Shown: positions 1 to 13,864, counted from the whole stretch's first letter. The stretch: DNA of 62,769 nt, filler included, from Porpidia crustulata (GCA_964255105.1; 12 parts of 12 records of this genome joined end to end with filler, not necessarily neighbours in it); one strand, 5' to 3'. The notes: generated by a model from the sequence alone, not told the origin. Numbers and translations are program-made.

Positions 1-559
1 GACTTGACAAAGATGCGCTGCCTATGCAGGCGCATCACCCTTGTGCTGTGAAATCCTGGTGAGACCAGGACTCCAGCCGGCGAGCTACATGCACGTCAGT
101 GCCATGGAGGTATTCGATCAAGGGATTACGAACAGACGGTACTGCACGCTATCACAACGGCAAGCTGCAGTACTAGGCGCTCTCACTGGCAACTTCTTCA
201 AGGCATTGACGGCGAGTTGCGCGGCAATTCTAGAGGACACCTCACATGAAAATGTATACATTTAAATGATAATAAATCTAAGCTAAATGATATGTAGAGA
301 AAATGATATGCAGAGAAAAGAGAGTGAGAAAGCGGGCGAAATCTCATATAAACTCACAGAGCAGCGCCAGCATCTGGACAGGCAGGAGCAAGTCACGATC
401 GTTGGATATGAACAAGCTATAGAATAGAAAGGGTGAGAGCATTCAAGAGATGATACCCGGTAAAGACATCTCAACTCACATTTTTGTAGTTCTTGCCCTA
501 CGCAGAGCTGTAGGATTCTCAACATGCTTTCTGGGCAATTGAGCCTTCCAATTCAGTAG

Positions 560-1841
560 CTAAGTAAAGAAGAAAGCATTGCCTTCTGCATCCTGCCTCT
601 TGCCTTTTGAATAGTCCTTTGCAGGGTCAAACTCTTCCCAAACGCTGGCTGGGAAAATATGCTTATTTCGCTCATACCACCGTCTATCTACGACCTTCGT
701 GAAATGTGGGTCGTCGTCTATCCCCTCAAGGTGCGAGTCAGGGTTTTTGATGTTGCCCCGTTTCGTAGGCAAGGTGAGGGGATCTGACCCCGGCGATGGT
801 GAACGAGAGCTGGATGGGGACTTTGATGCAGGCAGGACAGTAGAAGAATAGGAGAACAAAGGAGTGCTGCTAGGGCCAAGAGTCTTATTGACAATGAAAT
901 AGTAAATTTCGTAGTGCTGCAGGTGCAATGTTTAGCTTCCTCTATAATTTCACCACTACTGTGAATACTAACATGTGGAATTATGACTTCGCCTCTCACG
1001 AGCATGAGATCATCAACACCGACCCGCGCCCACTCACGTCGGCTACTAGCTTTCTCGCCGCCGCCAACACCAAGTTCCGCGCCCACTTTCCGACTTCGGT
1101 CCAGTAGTACCCAGACGAAGTCGCCTTTCTTGACTTTACAAATCCCACCAGGAATATTAGTGCCGTCGTAGAATACAAAAGGAATGATGACCTCTGTTGC
1201 TTTGACAGCTTCCTGCATCTCTAGAAACTCTTTTCGAAGTTGTTCGCGCGTCGAGGCTTCGCGGAGAAGGGCAGACTTGGTCATCGCCTTCGGAGTAACG
1301 CTAACTTGATTGTTAGGCCCGAGACGTTTCTTCTCGATGCCATCATTAGGGCGTGGTGGCGCTGGTGAAGCTACCCTTGACGACTGCCGTTCTGAAGTGT
1401 CTGACTTTGGGCTCTCGGCCCTCGAGGCTATTGTAGACGGTGCATCTTCGTCATCTATGCCGAACGACAATTTACCCTTCGCTGCTAGCTTTCGCTTCTT
1501 CTTCGATGGCTTTCCGGGTGTCGAAACACTGTGCTTTGACAATTAGCTCCATGCATGTGCATCTGTTTTCGTACCTTGCAACCAACTTACCCGTCATTTG
1601 GAGTACCACCGCGCGACGTTGAACCGGATGTGAACCGACCAAAGTTAGTTGCTTCGCGCTCCTTCTGCTCCAGTGCCTCTGCCCGCCGTTTGCGAAAATC
1701 TGATAGGTGGACTAGACCAACAGTCTGGGATTTCAGGAGATCCTCGGCGGTTGAGGCAGAGGTGAAGCGGGAATTGTTAGCCGCTGAATTGGGACTTGAA
1801 ACCCGTGAAGGAGGGTTGGTGGAAGGATTCGAGGAAGCCAT
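560..1841 (-). CDS. XAP5: XAP5/FAM50-family nuclear protein (3 exons)
   Basis: Spliced ORFs 1587-1841, 718-1542 and 560-928 carry the family motifs [52 protein letters not shown] and [26 protein letters not shown]. Confidence 0.9.
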
Positions 1842-2232
1842 TGAGGGAGATGTGTAAGACTAATAAAACAGAAAATCACGAGACTGATACTTCTTGGAGG
1901 TTAGGTCCTATAGGTCACTGCCGCTCTAAATGGAGACTAGGCTAGTATCGGAGATAATCTGTAACGCCGACAACCTCAACCCATCACTTTTCCTTAATAA
2001 CCGATGTTCATTATGGATTGTATGGGGTTAAGTATATTGAACAGAAATCAGGAGTCTGAATACACAACAAACAGCAATCTAACTCTATGGATTCAAATCT
2101 AAGTCTAAGGGGAAATCTGAAAGAGAAAAGGAAGCGCTTCCTCCCCGGCATCTCCAAAGTTGAAATGTCTTCAATGTTAAGCATCTTCGATTAGCCTCAA
2201 CGTCCATTATCGTCTCGATCCCCCATTACAAC

Positions 2233-3239
2233 TCAATTACGTCCAATCCCATACTTGCGGTATGGAAAGCCCTCTAGACTTGTCAATAATTCTGCCCAAC
2301 CATCATCTAATTTTCCCGGCTTTCCTTTGACTCTCCCTTCCGCTCCAGACTCTACCAGGGCATCCCTTACCTCGGGATCCTTTTGAGCTCCCGTAAGCCC
2401 TGCCAATACCTCTCTCTCCTTTCCTTTGTACTCCTTTAGTAGTTCCGGATGTGGGCACCATATGACGCGCATGCCCGCCCTTCGCCCTGCCTCAACGCCC
2501 GGCACGGAATCTTCAAATACTAGACACTCCTCAGGCGTGATTTCCTTCTCCTGACCCTTGGCACGGATTCCAGCGTTGATGATATCCAACGCTAACAGGT
2601 AGATGTCTGGGGCAGGCTTCCCTTTTCCCGGAGGGATGCGCGGATCGTCACCGAGGACACGGCGGCATAAGGGGAAGAAAGAGAAGATGGAGGAGAGGTG
2701 GGAGCTCTTGAGCTTGAAATTGGCGGCATGCGAGGAGGTAGCAAGAGCAAGGTGGACACCTCTATCTGTGAGCGTCGAGAGAAGCGTAGGGACACCGGGG
2801 AGGGGTTGTGCAGAGGGGAAGTGCGAGCGCTGCAGAGCAGATTGCTTGGTCATGAACTCTGATCGTGTGATTGGGAGCTGCGCCCACGCATGAAAGATTT
2901 CACCAGCCTGATCCGAATATGAGCATGTGAGGCAGGTGTAAGATGCGCAAAATGTGAAATTTCATTAAACCTACTTCAGGACCAGGACGTCCTTGTAGCT
3001 GGGCTTTGATTTTCCACGGCAAGGACGGCTTGCCACACTCATGAAGAATCACGTTATTACACTTTGTGTAGATGTCCTCTGAATCGATGAGTAGACCATC
3101 CATATCGAAAAGGCAGGCGCGAATATTAGTGAAGCTGTTCGATGTCAGTGGGTTCTATCTTGATTGAGAAACATTGCTACCAAGGACATAGCATAAATAC
3201 ACATGAAGGACAATCGTACTCTTTCTTTGGTTTCGACAT
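2233..3239 (-). CDS. HAD-superfamily hydrolase (GS1/HDHD1 pseudouridine-5'-phosphatase-like), spliced
   Basis: HAD motif I ACLFDMDGLLIDSED, motif II ALATSS, GKPAPDIYL and ECLVFEDSVPGVEAGRRAGM. The ATG at 3239 is inferred from a short first exon. Confidence 0.85.
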
Positions 3240-4492
3240 GATATATTAGTGTCAGATTTGCCCTGCTAGATCGCCCTGTAAGTCTTTCCAATGCCCGGTG
3301 TATTAGGGTTTAAGGTCAACTTGTGTTGAGCCTTCTCAAACCTCGAACTATAGAACCCCAACGTGGATGGTAGCAATTGACCATCCTGTGGTTGATATAT
3401 GTGTCAGAATTAGCTGCGGGCACCATAGCATAAGTGTGTGTGAATTTTTTGGTTCGTACGACCAAGCCCATTACCTTGTTAGTTGTTGATGCGCTCTCGC
3501 GCTTCATTTTTTTCGGGCGGCTATCGCGTGTTCACATGCTTTTTCACGTGCTAAGATGGCAATTTTGATTGAAAATGAGCAAAATGAGCGCCGCTTTATC
3601 TGCTTTCTATTAGCACTGGATGTTGATCAAAGCCCGTCATTAGTAGCAGAAAACGTTGTTCTTGCCCACGAAGATGCCTGCATTCTTCGGACAACGTACT
3701 GTATAGCCTTGAATACTGAGTATACTTACTCTGAGGTACTATTCCAAGCTTTACTATGTACTCCATGTACATACATACATGTGAGAACCGATCGAGCAAA
3801 TCTCGAGTTCGGGAGTAGAACATTCGAGTTTACTGTCAGTGATAGCAGAACTACAAGACGTGTAAATGTGAAAATATCCAACAGATATTACAAGTGATCG
3901 CAAACTGTGTGAGACGTCGAAATACCTAACCAGATCCGGAAATTAATCCATCACGGCCAAACAAAACAGCAAGCCTGAACACCTTCCTTCGATCATGCTC
4001 CTCTGCAACATGGATTTTTGTCCTCGCGATGTGGATGCCCACATATTGTTCACCTAGATCTAGCTGCTCAGACGATGTGATAGTGTGCGATTCGCCTATT
4101 TCTTCCATTCTCTGTAAATCAAACAGCCATTCAGAAGAGGTGTAGATGCGCTGAGGCGGAGGCATATGTGAATTGATAGAAAGGGGTCAAGACGCGTAGA
4201 GCAGTTCGGGGGCTAGATAAAGCAGCAGGCCGCGGCAGAGCCCTTAAATGGACAAGTTACGGATACTTGCAGATTGCAGGACAAAAGGTACATGATACAT
4301 GATACACAGGTACATACATACATCATACCTGCAATATTCAGCTGTACATCTAACAAGGATACACCGGCAATCAATCCCTAACTCAGTACCGACATTAAGC
4401 ACATCCACCTGGACATCCACCTGCACCTTCTGTCTCCCCTTGTTAGACTTGCCAACTAGGTCAAAGCACCCTCTAAGTACCTCCCATCCTCC

Positions 4493-5166
4493 ATGGCGCC
4501 GGAAAATTCGCCCCGCCAACCAGTCAAATCCTCGGACCCAGACGATAACGGTATCATGCCCCCAGATCCACCACGTTTCGCGCCGGAAGAAGAGGCAGTG
4601 AGCTCAAGCCGCCTGCGCAAGTGCCAGTCCTCATGCATCCCTGACACCTTGAACAGGCCCTGCTTGACGAGTCGAATGCGCAAAAGGCCTCCGCCAACCG
4701 GTTCTTCGGCTCCTCTCAGTTCTCGGAAGCGATCGGGGAGTACGATAAGGCGCTCGCGTCGTGTCCGAACTATCTCGAATACGAGGTGGCCGTGCTGAAG
4801 AGCAATATTGCGGCATGTCACTTGAAGCTGGAGGACTGGAAAGCGGCCGTGGAGACGGCTACGGCTGCGCTCCATGCATTGCAGCGACTTGATGGGTTGA
4901 AAAACGTGGAAAAGGGGGAGAAAGACGAGGATGAGGGCGATGTGGTGGAGATTGAGGGGGACGATCAAGATGCCGAACAGGAGCTCGCAAAGCTCCAACT
5001 CAGCGATCAGCGAAAAGCAGACATCCAGCGAATCCGCGCCAAAGCCCTGATGCGGCGCGCAAAAGCCCGCAGCGAACAAGGCGGATGGAATAACCTCCAA
5101 GGTGCCGAAGACGGTGCGGAACTTCCCCCCCTCCAATACCAATCCAGCACCATACTAACCCCAACA
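4493..5166 (+). CDS. Tetratricopeptide-repeat protein (TTC1-like), 3' end lost at contig end
   Basis: PPRFAPEEE, then an intron, ANRFFGSSQFSEAIGEYDKALASCPNYLEYEVAVLKSNIAACHLKLEDWK and IRAKALMRRAKA..GGWNNLQGAED. Confidence 0.75.
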
Positions 5167-5266
5167 NNNNNNNNNNNNNNNNNNNNNNNNNNNNNNNNNN
5201 NNNNNNNNNNTTAATTAATTAANNNNNNNNNNNNNNNNNNNNNNNNNNNNNNNNNNNNNNNNNNNN
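5167..5266. other. Artificial contig linker N44-TTAATTAATTAA-N44. Identical linkers lie at 10431-10530, 15694-15793, 20948-21047, 26201-26300, 31449-31548, 36693-36792, 41921-42020, 47140-47239, 52354-52453 and 57566-57665.
   Basis: Exactly 100 nt each, with stops in all six frames. The flanking contigs decrease monotonically in length. Confidence 0.98.
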
Positions 5267-6477
5267 CTCGGAGAGATTGGGTGGACATGGCGTTTGGGGG
5301 AGGGTGGCGGTGGCGTTGGGATGGGCGGACGGGGGTGCGGCGAGGGGTGTGAAGGTGTGGGCGAAGAAGACAAGGAGAGGTAGTGGTGAGGACGGGCGCA
5401 TTGTGATGTAGGTAAGACTTGTGGGACTGGAAAGCCTTGTTCAGAAATTAAATGGTGTATCTCAATGTGTTTGGACGATGAGTCATCGAACAACGACGAC
5501 TTTTGGAGGCATTAGGGTTTGCTAGCTTTTGTAGTGAAGTCCATCGGGTAGGTCTCTGAAAGCGACCACCATAATTGTGTCGTTTCACCGGCTTCCCAAC
5601 TTGGCGATTCGCGATAGCCGACAACAAAATCCGTTGTGTCACCACAACCTCTCTTGACAGTACGTGCGGCAACTTGTAAACAAAAATCGATATTTCGAGA
5701 CGATTCTAAGAATAAGTTGGTATGAAGTGTTCAAGGGGTCTGCTGCCCAACGGGCCATTCTGAACATTAATTGCTGATAACCATTTCAGAAACCTCGATA
5801 GATAGACTCGCTATTGGCTGGATGGGACACAGACATGTCTAGAGAACAGTCTTGACGCTACGGAATGGCTCCTGGTTCCTAGTACGAGACGGCAAAGGAG
5901 GTGGAGAACGCAGATCCTCGTCCTCGTAGTCCGAACTTGACAAAGCTGCCGCAAGTTTCGTAGGATATATTCCTACGGCTTTTCTGATCGACTGGACATC
6001 CATCTTTGTGTTTGAGACCAAACGTGGTGGTCTTGAGGACTAGCGAGTCTTTTTCATTTAAGTGGTTCCTTCTGTGTCCATGTGACTATTTCTTGGCCCT
6101 CGCCACTACAACTGTAGTAGTACAACCTAGTTAGAGGCTTCTGCGTAATTTAGACAAACTCCTTTCGAACCCTTCGATGTACTGGCTTAGATATCGTCTG
6201 TTGAATGTCCATACCCAGGAAAGTCAGTAGAACATCCAAGATTTTTACCGATCAGGGCAGACTCTCGCGCCGGTGGCACAGGATGGAAGAACTGTAAACG
6301 TGAAAAACCCGGGTATTAATCCTGGTTCTATTGAGTCCGAGTCCTGTCCCTTCTAGCCAGAATTTGTTGGATCCATTTACAACCGGTCAATGCCAGTCGT
6401 CAGAGAAGCACGGTGATGAACAGTTGAACAAGCACCTTATTCCAGTTTCTTCGTCTTAGCCTCGAATTCCGAGACAT

Positions 6478-8867
6478 TTATTTACCTTCGGGTGCTTCAA
6501 ATTCTACCAGAGCAGTGCCAGCCTTGCACAAATCCTGCGACTCCATTAGCATAGGTATTGGTTGTGGTCAAGCAAACTTACGCCTTGTTGGTGTACAACC
6601 CTAGAGACAATCCCATTTTGTGGACTACGTATCACCGTCTCCATTTTCATGCTTTCAATTACAACTAATGGCTGATCTTTCTTCACGCCGTCACCTTCCG
6701 TAACATGAACCTTGAGAATTTTGCAAGGCATAGGAGCCAGCACACTATTTGTTATGTCCTTGATCCCAAGTGCTTTGTCGTACCACTTAGGCGTGACATA
6801 TCGTAGGCGAAATTGCTGACCTTGCTGGAAAAGAGTAAGGTTACCTCCATCATTGATGATCCGTGTTTGTAGTCTCTTTTCGGGAAAATACGATGTGACG
6901 CTAGAATTGGAGCTATCCCATTGACTAGCGACCGCGTGATAGGTAGTTGCATCTACCTTGACGTCGAAAAGGCCGTTGCTCAAGGGCTTCAATTCTACCA
7001 CGGTCTCCGGATTATCGATCTTACCGTCCACCCTGTGAGGAGTAAAGTGAAATAGCCGCTTTTGGAAATTAGACATGAAGCCGGATTGAACGAGCAAGAA
7101 ATTCGAGTTCTCTTTGCGCAAATCGGCCGCCTCGGGGAGATATGTACCCAAGGCAGCTTGTACAAAAAGTTCTGGAGCTATGGTGACTTGTCTGAACAGA
7201 TCTTTTTGCCACCTAGAGATGAATCCTGTCTCTACGTCGCCAGCAATGAACGCCGGAATCTCGCATACCCTCTTCAAGAACTCTATATTAGTAATTGGGC
7301 CAGCAATTTCATATCCGGCTAATGCGGCACGAAGCTTCTGTATAGCAATTGTGCGAGTAGCACCACTGACAATCAATTTAGCTATCATCGGGTCGTAGTG
7401 CGAAGACACTTCATCTCCTGCAATAAATCCTGCGTCAATTCGAACAGTATCGGTGATCACTGGCGTTTTCAGGTGGATCAGCCGTCCAGAATCAGGTATA
7501 AAATCCCTGTTTTCGTATCAGTCTTATCAACACAAATGTATCGTTTGGAAACAGACATTTCTGGATTTTCAGCATATATCCTTACTTCAATGGCAGATCC
7601 TCGTTCTGCAATTCTCGATTCGATTTCAGCTTGCGTGAGAGGGAGCTTGCCTCCTTCAGCGACAATGATTTGCCAGCGGACAAGGTCCTCTCCAGTGACC
7701 ATCTCTGTGACAGGATGTTCAACTTGCAACCTCGTGTTCATTTCCATGAAGAAGAACTGGCCAGTTTCATTGTCGAAAATAAATTCGACGGTACCAGCCC
7801 CTTCATAATTGACCGCCAAAGCTGCAGCGCGCGCCTTCTCCCACAGATCCTGACGGACTGTTTCATCCAGATGTGGTGCAGGCGATTCTTCTAAGATCTT
7901 CTGATGCCGCCTCTGAATACTACAGTCACGTTCCCCTAGAGCTACGCAGTTACCGTGCTTGTCCGCGAATATTTGCACTTCGATGTGACGTGGTTTGGTA
8001 ATGTACTTTTCGACCAACATAACATCATCTCCAAACGAGTTTTGTGCTTCTGACTTTGCTGAGTTCAATTGATCCTCAAATTCTTTTTCCGCCATAACAA
8101 TACGCATTCCCTTACCACCGCCACCTTTAACAGCTTTGAGGAGTACTGGAAAGCCAATTTTGGAGGCTTCTGACTTGAGGAACCCTACACCTTGATTGCT
8201 ACCATGGTAGCCTGGTATGCAGGGCACACCCGCTTCTGTCATGATAATCTTTGAGCGGCTGTATAACACATCAATTATACTATCAACTTTCCATAAACAA
8301 TACATACCTCTTATTACCCATGGCTTCGATCGCCTGCCATGGCGGACCAATGAAGACAAGGCCTGCATCTGTACATTTCCGCGCAAAGGCAGAATTCTCA
8401 CTCAACTTCTTCATTATCAGTGAAATTATTCGTAAACAGAAGCTCTGAAAAACCTACGAAACCATAGCCTGGGTGTATCCCAGCACAGCCATGCAGTCTA
8501 GCAGCTTCAATAATCTTGTCTCCGTTCAAATAAGCTGAAGGGTCTCCCAGATTGATAGCGAAAGGCGAGCTCAGCGCGTGCTGGGATTGAGCATCCGGAT
8601 CGGTGTAGATAGTTGTGGTCCTAATTCCTAATTGAGACGCGGTTTTACCCACTCGCCTATAGAAAGAGATCAATACAGAATTTAGACCAAGATTCAACGG
8701 CTAACCCACAATGCAATTTCACTACGATTGGCTATCAGTATAGATGTTAGAGGTTTGTCAGACAATACTGGTGTCACGGTAGATAGATATCTTCTGACCA
8801 GGCTAGTGGTATGATGTGGTGAGACGCGGACAAGGCCAGAACGACCTAAGATAGGACTCAGGTACAT
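6478..8867 (-). CDS. mccA: 3-methylcrotonyl-CoA carboxylase, biotin-containing alpha subunit
   Basis: Mitochondrial-type leader, [62 protein letters not shown] and the biotinyl motif ESMKME. The last exon is [18 protein letters not shown]. It lies next to ivdA. Confidence 0.92.
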
Positions 8868-9308
8868 GATGCTCTTCGATCAGTAAGATTGATGGCAGAG
8901 AGACTCCATGACCGGAAGAATAGAATGCCGGCGCATGTATCTACCCACTGAGCAAATGATTTATACAGACGGAGTGGGTTGCAATTGTTTAGGAGTGTCG
9001 AGGCCGCTGCTAGCCGAGACGTGCGGAGGTCTTAGACGCAAGGTACTTTCCATTCCCTTATCTGAAATTCGACATATTTATTTGAAATCTTGGTGCTTTA
9101 CGTTGAAATAAGGGACTTATAATCGCGCGTGGTAATTACGTTCATTCTCCCAATACCTTAGCCCTCGCTCTAGCGACAGGCTTCACTCTCAACATACACC
9201 ATGTTATCAAAGAGCATATGCACGGCAGACCATAGAGTCATTGCTCAGACATTTCTGATTGTACGGAAGCAGCAGGCAATTGAGCCAACTTCCTGAAAGC
9301 GTTGCTCA

Positions 9309-9946
9309 ATGTCCGATGAGGAGGAATACTGTGGTGACGACAATTATATCTATACGGACGGTAGTTCATACGACGAAGCAACGAACGAGCGCCAACATGG
9401 CTAGTCTCGCTGTAATCCCCTCGTCTGGTAATCTGCTGGACGACCTAGCCGAGCATACTATGCGATCGCCCGTCTTCCAAGAGAGTGGTCTTGGAATCCT
9501 ACTGCTGAGATATAGAGTAACCGGGAGTACTATTCTGATGATTATGTGACCAGGGATGGCCATAAGAGAGCAGGAAAATCGACGACGCTGGAATTCGGGC
9601 TGCTTGACAAGATGAGATCGGAAATGGTTTGTGGTAGAAACGACGGAAGGTACAATCGACTCATGAGATACTATAATTGGCCCTTGAAGACTAGCTGTAT
9701 ACCACAGCTCCAACCGTGAAGCAAGTGCAATCCGATGTCCCGAAGGACAGTCTGTGGAAGCGGAAGGCCGAGGAGCTATGAGATGATGATGCTGCTACGC
9801 CAGCCAAGCTGAAAGCGACGGAAATGGTGGATGTAGGCGATAAAGCGAAACAGAGTATGGCCACGGGGTGCGGTGTGACGGGGGGGGAGGAAGAAGAGAT
9901 GGCGTTGCTTTGGATTGCTTCGAAGTTGTTACCGTTCAATACCTAA
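9309..9946 (+). pseudogene. Probable degenerate relic of an acidic hypothetical fungal protein gene
   Basis: Protein-like segments MSDEEEYCGDDNYIY..YDEA, DDLAEHTMRSPVF and EYYSDDY are not in one continuous frame, have no intact splice sites, and there is an in-frame TGA at 9779 within KRKAEEL*DDDAA. Confidence 0.45.
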
Positions 9947-10018
9947 GTACCTCATAACCCTTTCGAACATTATGACCATCATCCAACCATATTAGCTCCA
10001 CTTTGCGCCTACATGCCA

Positions 10019-10430
10019 TCACCTCCCCGCCCACTCTCGGTTGAAGCACCTTCCAATCACCATCCTCCTCACCTCGCTCGTCCCCGCCCCAATCTCATAC
10101 AGCTTCGCGTCCCTGACCAACCTCCCCGCCGGCACCTCGCTCATGTATCCCATCCCACCCATCAGCTGCACAGCGTCGAGCGCGCACTCGGTCGCGCGCT
10201 CCGCCGCGTATAGGATTGCGCCGGCGCAGTCCTTGGTGTCGACATGGTGGGGCGGCGTGTCGAGCAGGTGGGCGGTGCGCAGGGTGTAGGCGCGTGAGGC
10301 GGAGAACTTGGTGTGCATGTCCGCGAGCTTGGCTTGGACGAGTTGGTTGTGGGCGATTGGGGTGGAGAATTGCTGGCGGGTGTGGGTGTAAGGGAGGACG
10401 AGGGAGAGGGCGGCGGACATGATTCTGTGG
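10019..10430 (-). CDS. ivdA: Isovaleryl-CoA dehydrogenase, C-terminal part (5' end lost at contig end)
   Basis: QLVQAKLADM, DCAGAILYAAERATECALDAVQLMGGMGY and RDAKLYEIGAGTSEVRRMVIGR are typical of IVD. Adjacent to mccA. Confidence 0.9.
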
Positions 10431-10902
10431 NNNNNNNNNNNNNNNNNNNNNNNNNNNNNNNNNNNNNNNNNNNNTTAATTAATTAANNNNNNNNNNNNNN
10501 NNNNNNNNNNNNNNNNNNNNNNNNNNNNNNGAGGAAGTGGGCTTGAAACCTCCCTTGAGTTTCTTTTTTTGGGTTGGGGGGGGGATAGAATCCGCGTAGG
10601 ATCAATAATGAAGGCCACCAGGGCCGATAAGGAATGGTTGTTGTAAGGAGTGTCATGGGTTTCTTGAAAGTGATATAGTTGAACACCAATCGTGGTCACG
10701 ACTTGAATGCTTGTGAGACAACGGAATTTGATTGCTAACAAACCATGTGCTGGTCAAGAACGCCGATGCAGTTACTCGATCGCTCGCTTGTACGCAGACA
10801 TGAACATGAAATGCAAAATCGCTAAGAAGCAATCGCTAAAAATGCTTGAGAGTTGTGAACACGACTGATCGATGCCGGGGCCTTTTGGGTTCGTGGAGGT
10901 CA

Positions 10903-13864
10903 TCACACGTTACCTACCATCTAAAGTCAGCGCTCATGCCATCTCTACACATTGAAGAGAAATGGGATTGACAAAGAACATACCAATAACGACCATAAAC
11001 CTCAACCTCCCATCCTTCTTCCCCCCGACATCTTCATACCCCAATAACCCGTCGTCCAGAATCATCGTGCTGCTCTTCCACCCCCAGCTCTGACTGAAGT
11101 TGAAATGATCCGGCGCGCTCTCGTAGAGACTGAGCATTCTGCCGCCCTTGGATGGTGAATAAATCTTAAAGTAGGTTTTAATGGTTGGACGACCGTCGAC
11201 ATAAGGCGGTAAGGCGGGGACCTTGTACTTTCCAACTTTGTCGAGAGGATCGTCGTTGTCGTCGTCGGAGAGGAGCGATGTCGCGGCCTTGTAGGCGCGA
11301 TCAGGGATGTTGGCAAGGGTGAGGGTACCGGGAGATTGCGAGGACTTGGTGATGCCGTCGCCACGGAGGAGATTACTCAACGCCGTTGCTCGGGAAGGTT
11401 CACCAGGATTGACGCTGCCCGGAACAAGCGTGGCGTCTGGATCGCCACTGGAATTGCTCGTATCGTCTGGATCTGCTAGAGGTTCTACAAGCGTCTGTCG
11501 ACGACTTTGCCGATTTTGGCGCATAAGCATCTCAACCTGGCCGATACGTTCGTCCACTGAGCCGTGACGAAGCTCCTCGTGACCTTCTTTCTCCTTGGCG
11601 CGGTGAAGGTACACCCCTAGTTGGGTGTTCTTAGTCGTTTCAACTTTTTGAATGTAGACATTCCAAAGGCTACCGGCATACCAAACCGTTCTGGAGTAGA
11701 CGCGCTTTTTCTCCTTGAGGTTTCTTGGATCGGGGAACTCCGCTGCGAAGCGGAATGGGGGGTAATGCGTGTAGTGGATTGGAGGGACGGGTTCCGACTG
11801 ATGTGAGCGACCAGGAGTTTGTGGTCTTTCGTTCATAGAAGCTGTAAAGTCTGAAGCCCATTGTACATCTTGAGGGTCGATGGTACCAGAAAATTGTGAG
11901 AAGTGCCGCGTGACATGAGGACGGGAAGTAGCGGCGACAATGGATTCTGGATTTCCGCCGGATACAGACGTATGATCAACATGAGGGATCCAGAATTTCC
12001 GGGGCTTGCCATTGCCGTCCCAACTACCAGACTCCATTTCATCCTCTTCATCTTCATGCTGGACAGACTCAATCTGTTTACCCTTGCTACGCGCCTCGCC
12101 ACTGCTATTTGAACTTTTGATGAGAGTGACGTTGTCAGGGGCCGCTTGCTCGAGAGATTCTTCAGACCTGTAAGCTAGGCCAAGCTCCATGTCCAGCTCC
12201 TTTGCATTGACAATCCTCTGGCGTAATTCCATGGACATCCATAAAGCGTTAGAGATTACCTTCTCAGGCATGACCGGCAATCCAAGCACATCACGTCGCT
12301 CTCGGATATCCTGGAGCTGCTCAAAGCTCAAGTGGACATAATGGATACCTTCATCAAGAAGCACGAGCAAAGCCGCAATGTCAGGTGAGGTATATACCGC
12401 AAGCCAGGAATCGTAAGCATCTGGCATGTTACGACCAGGGACAGCTGAAGTATTCCGATAGACTGTATCAAAGCGTATGGCGGAGAAATTGATGCTGTCG
12501 GGTGGCGGACGTGTAAATTTGCCGTTCACGCCTAAAAGGCCAGCTTCGATTGCCCGTGCTTTCAACTTGCGATCTAAAATCCTTCTTGCCAGCACCCATC
12601 GTTCCCATTCTCCGGGTACAAAGAAGCCATCACCACCAATGATCTCTCGTGCAATCTCCCCAGATATCCCGTCCCAATATTTAACCGGCATCTGCCAGCC
12701 TTCACGGCAGAGCATCGCTTTTGCGGACTCCAAGATTCGATCCCCAGGCTTGCCGTAGTAGCTGTTTGTGACCAGTCGTATCAGAGATGCAAGCCTCTCG
12801 GGAGACATCTGGCGTAGAATCGCATTGACACTAGAGTCGATCAGGTCAGCCATCTCGAGCCAACATCCTGTAGCGAATAGCCCTATAGCTTCTCCATCTT
12901 CTTCCACAGCAACACTGCAGCCATATAGCCTCTTCAAGGCCAATTCAAAAGCTGCTTGTGTGATGTTGGAATCGACGTCATCTGGATGGAGGTTGATCTC
13001 GTTGGACGAACTTTCGAACCATGGCTCCGACAAAGCTGATGAAAAGAACGGAGAACGGTCGAGTAGAAGTCGGTGCAGGGCATATTTCGTCCCAAATGCG
13101 TAGATCGTGATATCTGAATGTTTCCCATTAAGCAAGCCGCGGTTGTACAGGTGGCTTGGCAGTGGTGCAGTCTCCGACAGCACTGCCCGGGTGTACCCCG
13201 CTCCACTAGGTGTACGAAAGTACGATGCCTGCCGCGACAAGGTCGGAGACGGAAGCCCTGGTGTAGCGAAAAGTCGTGTTAAGGCGATTGGGGTACCTGC
13301 ACCTGCCCTATCAATGGATCTCATTGATTCTACCGTGCTTGTCGGGTCGTCGACGTCTTTTTCGACTCTTGTTGGTCTTGATTTCCGAGAAGAGGAGGAA
13401 ATGTCACTGGCATAATGTACAGATCTTCTGTTGGTACTGGTAGACGGGATAGTAAGAGTGGAGAGTGGACGTCCTGAAGGCCCAGGCGGAGTGCTCATTG
13501 ACGCTTGTGCCGTATTGACAGACAATGAAGATGTTGGTGGTCCTGAGGAAAAGATTGAGCGGTTTGGAGTAGTGAACTGTGAATGCTGTTGCGAATTATG
13601 GTTTGACGACGCTGAATGAACCTCAGGTGCTGATACAGCGTGGCCACGAGGCGTCGGACGTGAAGAGAGTACAGAACCCAGGCTTGAAGATTCTGCCTGC
13701 GATGATGGATTCAGTCTGGGAGAGGTTGATGCAGGGAACGTCCATAATGGTAGTTGTTGATGCGGGAATTGGGAGGATTGCGTTGGCATGTTCAACCCAG
13801 CAAGGAGGTTGTGTATTGCATGTGACGATTTGTCGGGCTCATCTGACTCTTCTTGGGAACCCAT
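10903..13864 (-). CDS. BTB/POZ-domain protein (germ cell-less-like, fungal type)
   Basis: HLYNRGLLNGKHSDITIYAFGTKYALHRLLLDRSPFF (BTB), plus C-terminal YPPFRFAAEF..WYAGSLWNVYIQK and FNFSQSWGWKSS. A terminal intron precedes GNV*. Confidence 0.85.

Noticed and set aside
5211..5222. TTAATTAATTAA repeated at regular ~5.2-kb spacing, as a possible biological repeat or array
   Set aside because: It is always embedded in N44 padding and is a synthetic six-frame-stop linker.
5267..6100. Possible gene tail at the contig start and a small ORF at 5839-6021
   Set aside because: Too short, with no recognisable family signature.
8712..8740. ANRSEIA instead of ANRGEIA in mccA
   Set aside because: The Ser variant occurs in other biotin carboxylases and all other motifs are intact, so it is not evidence of changed function.
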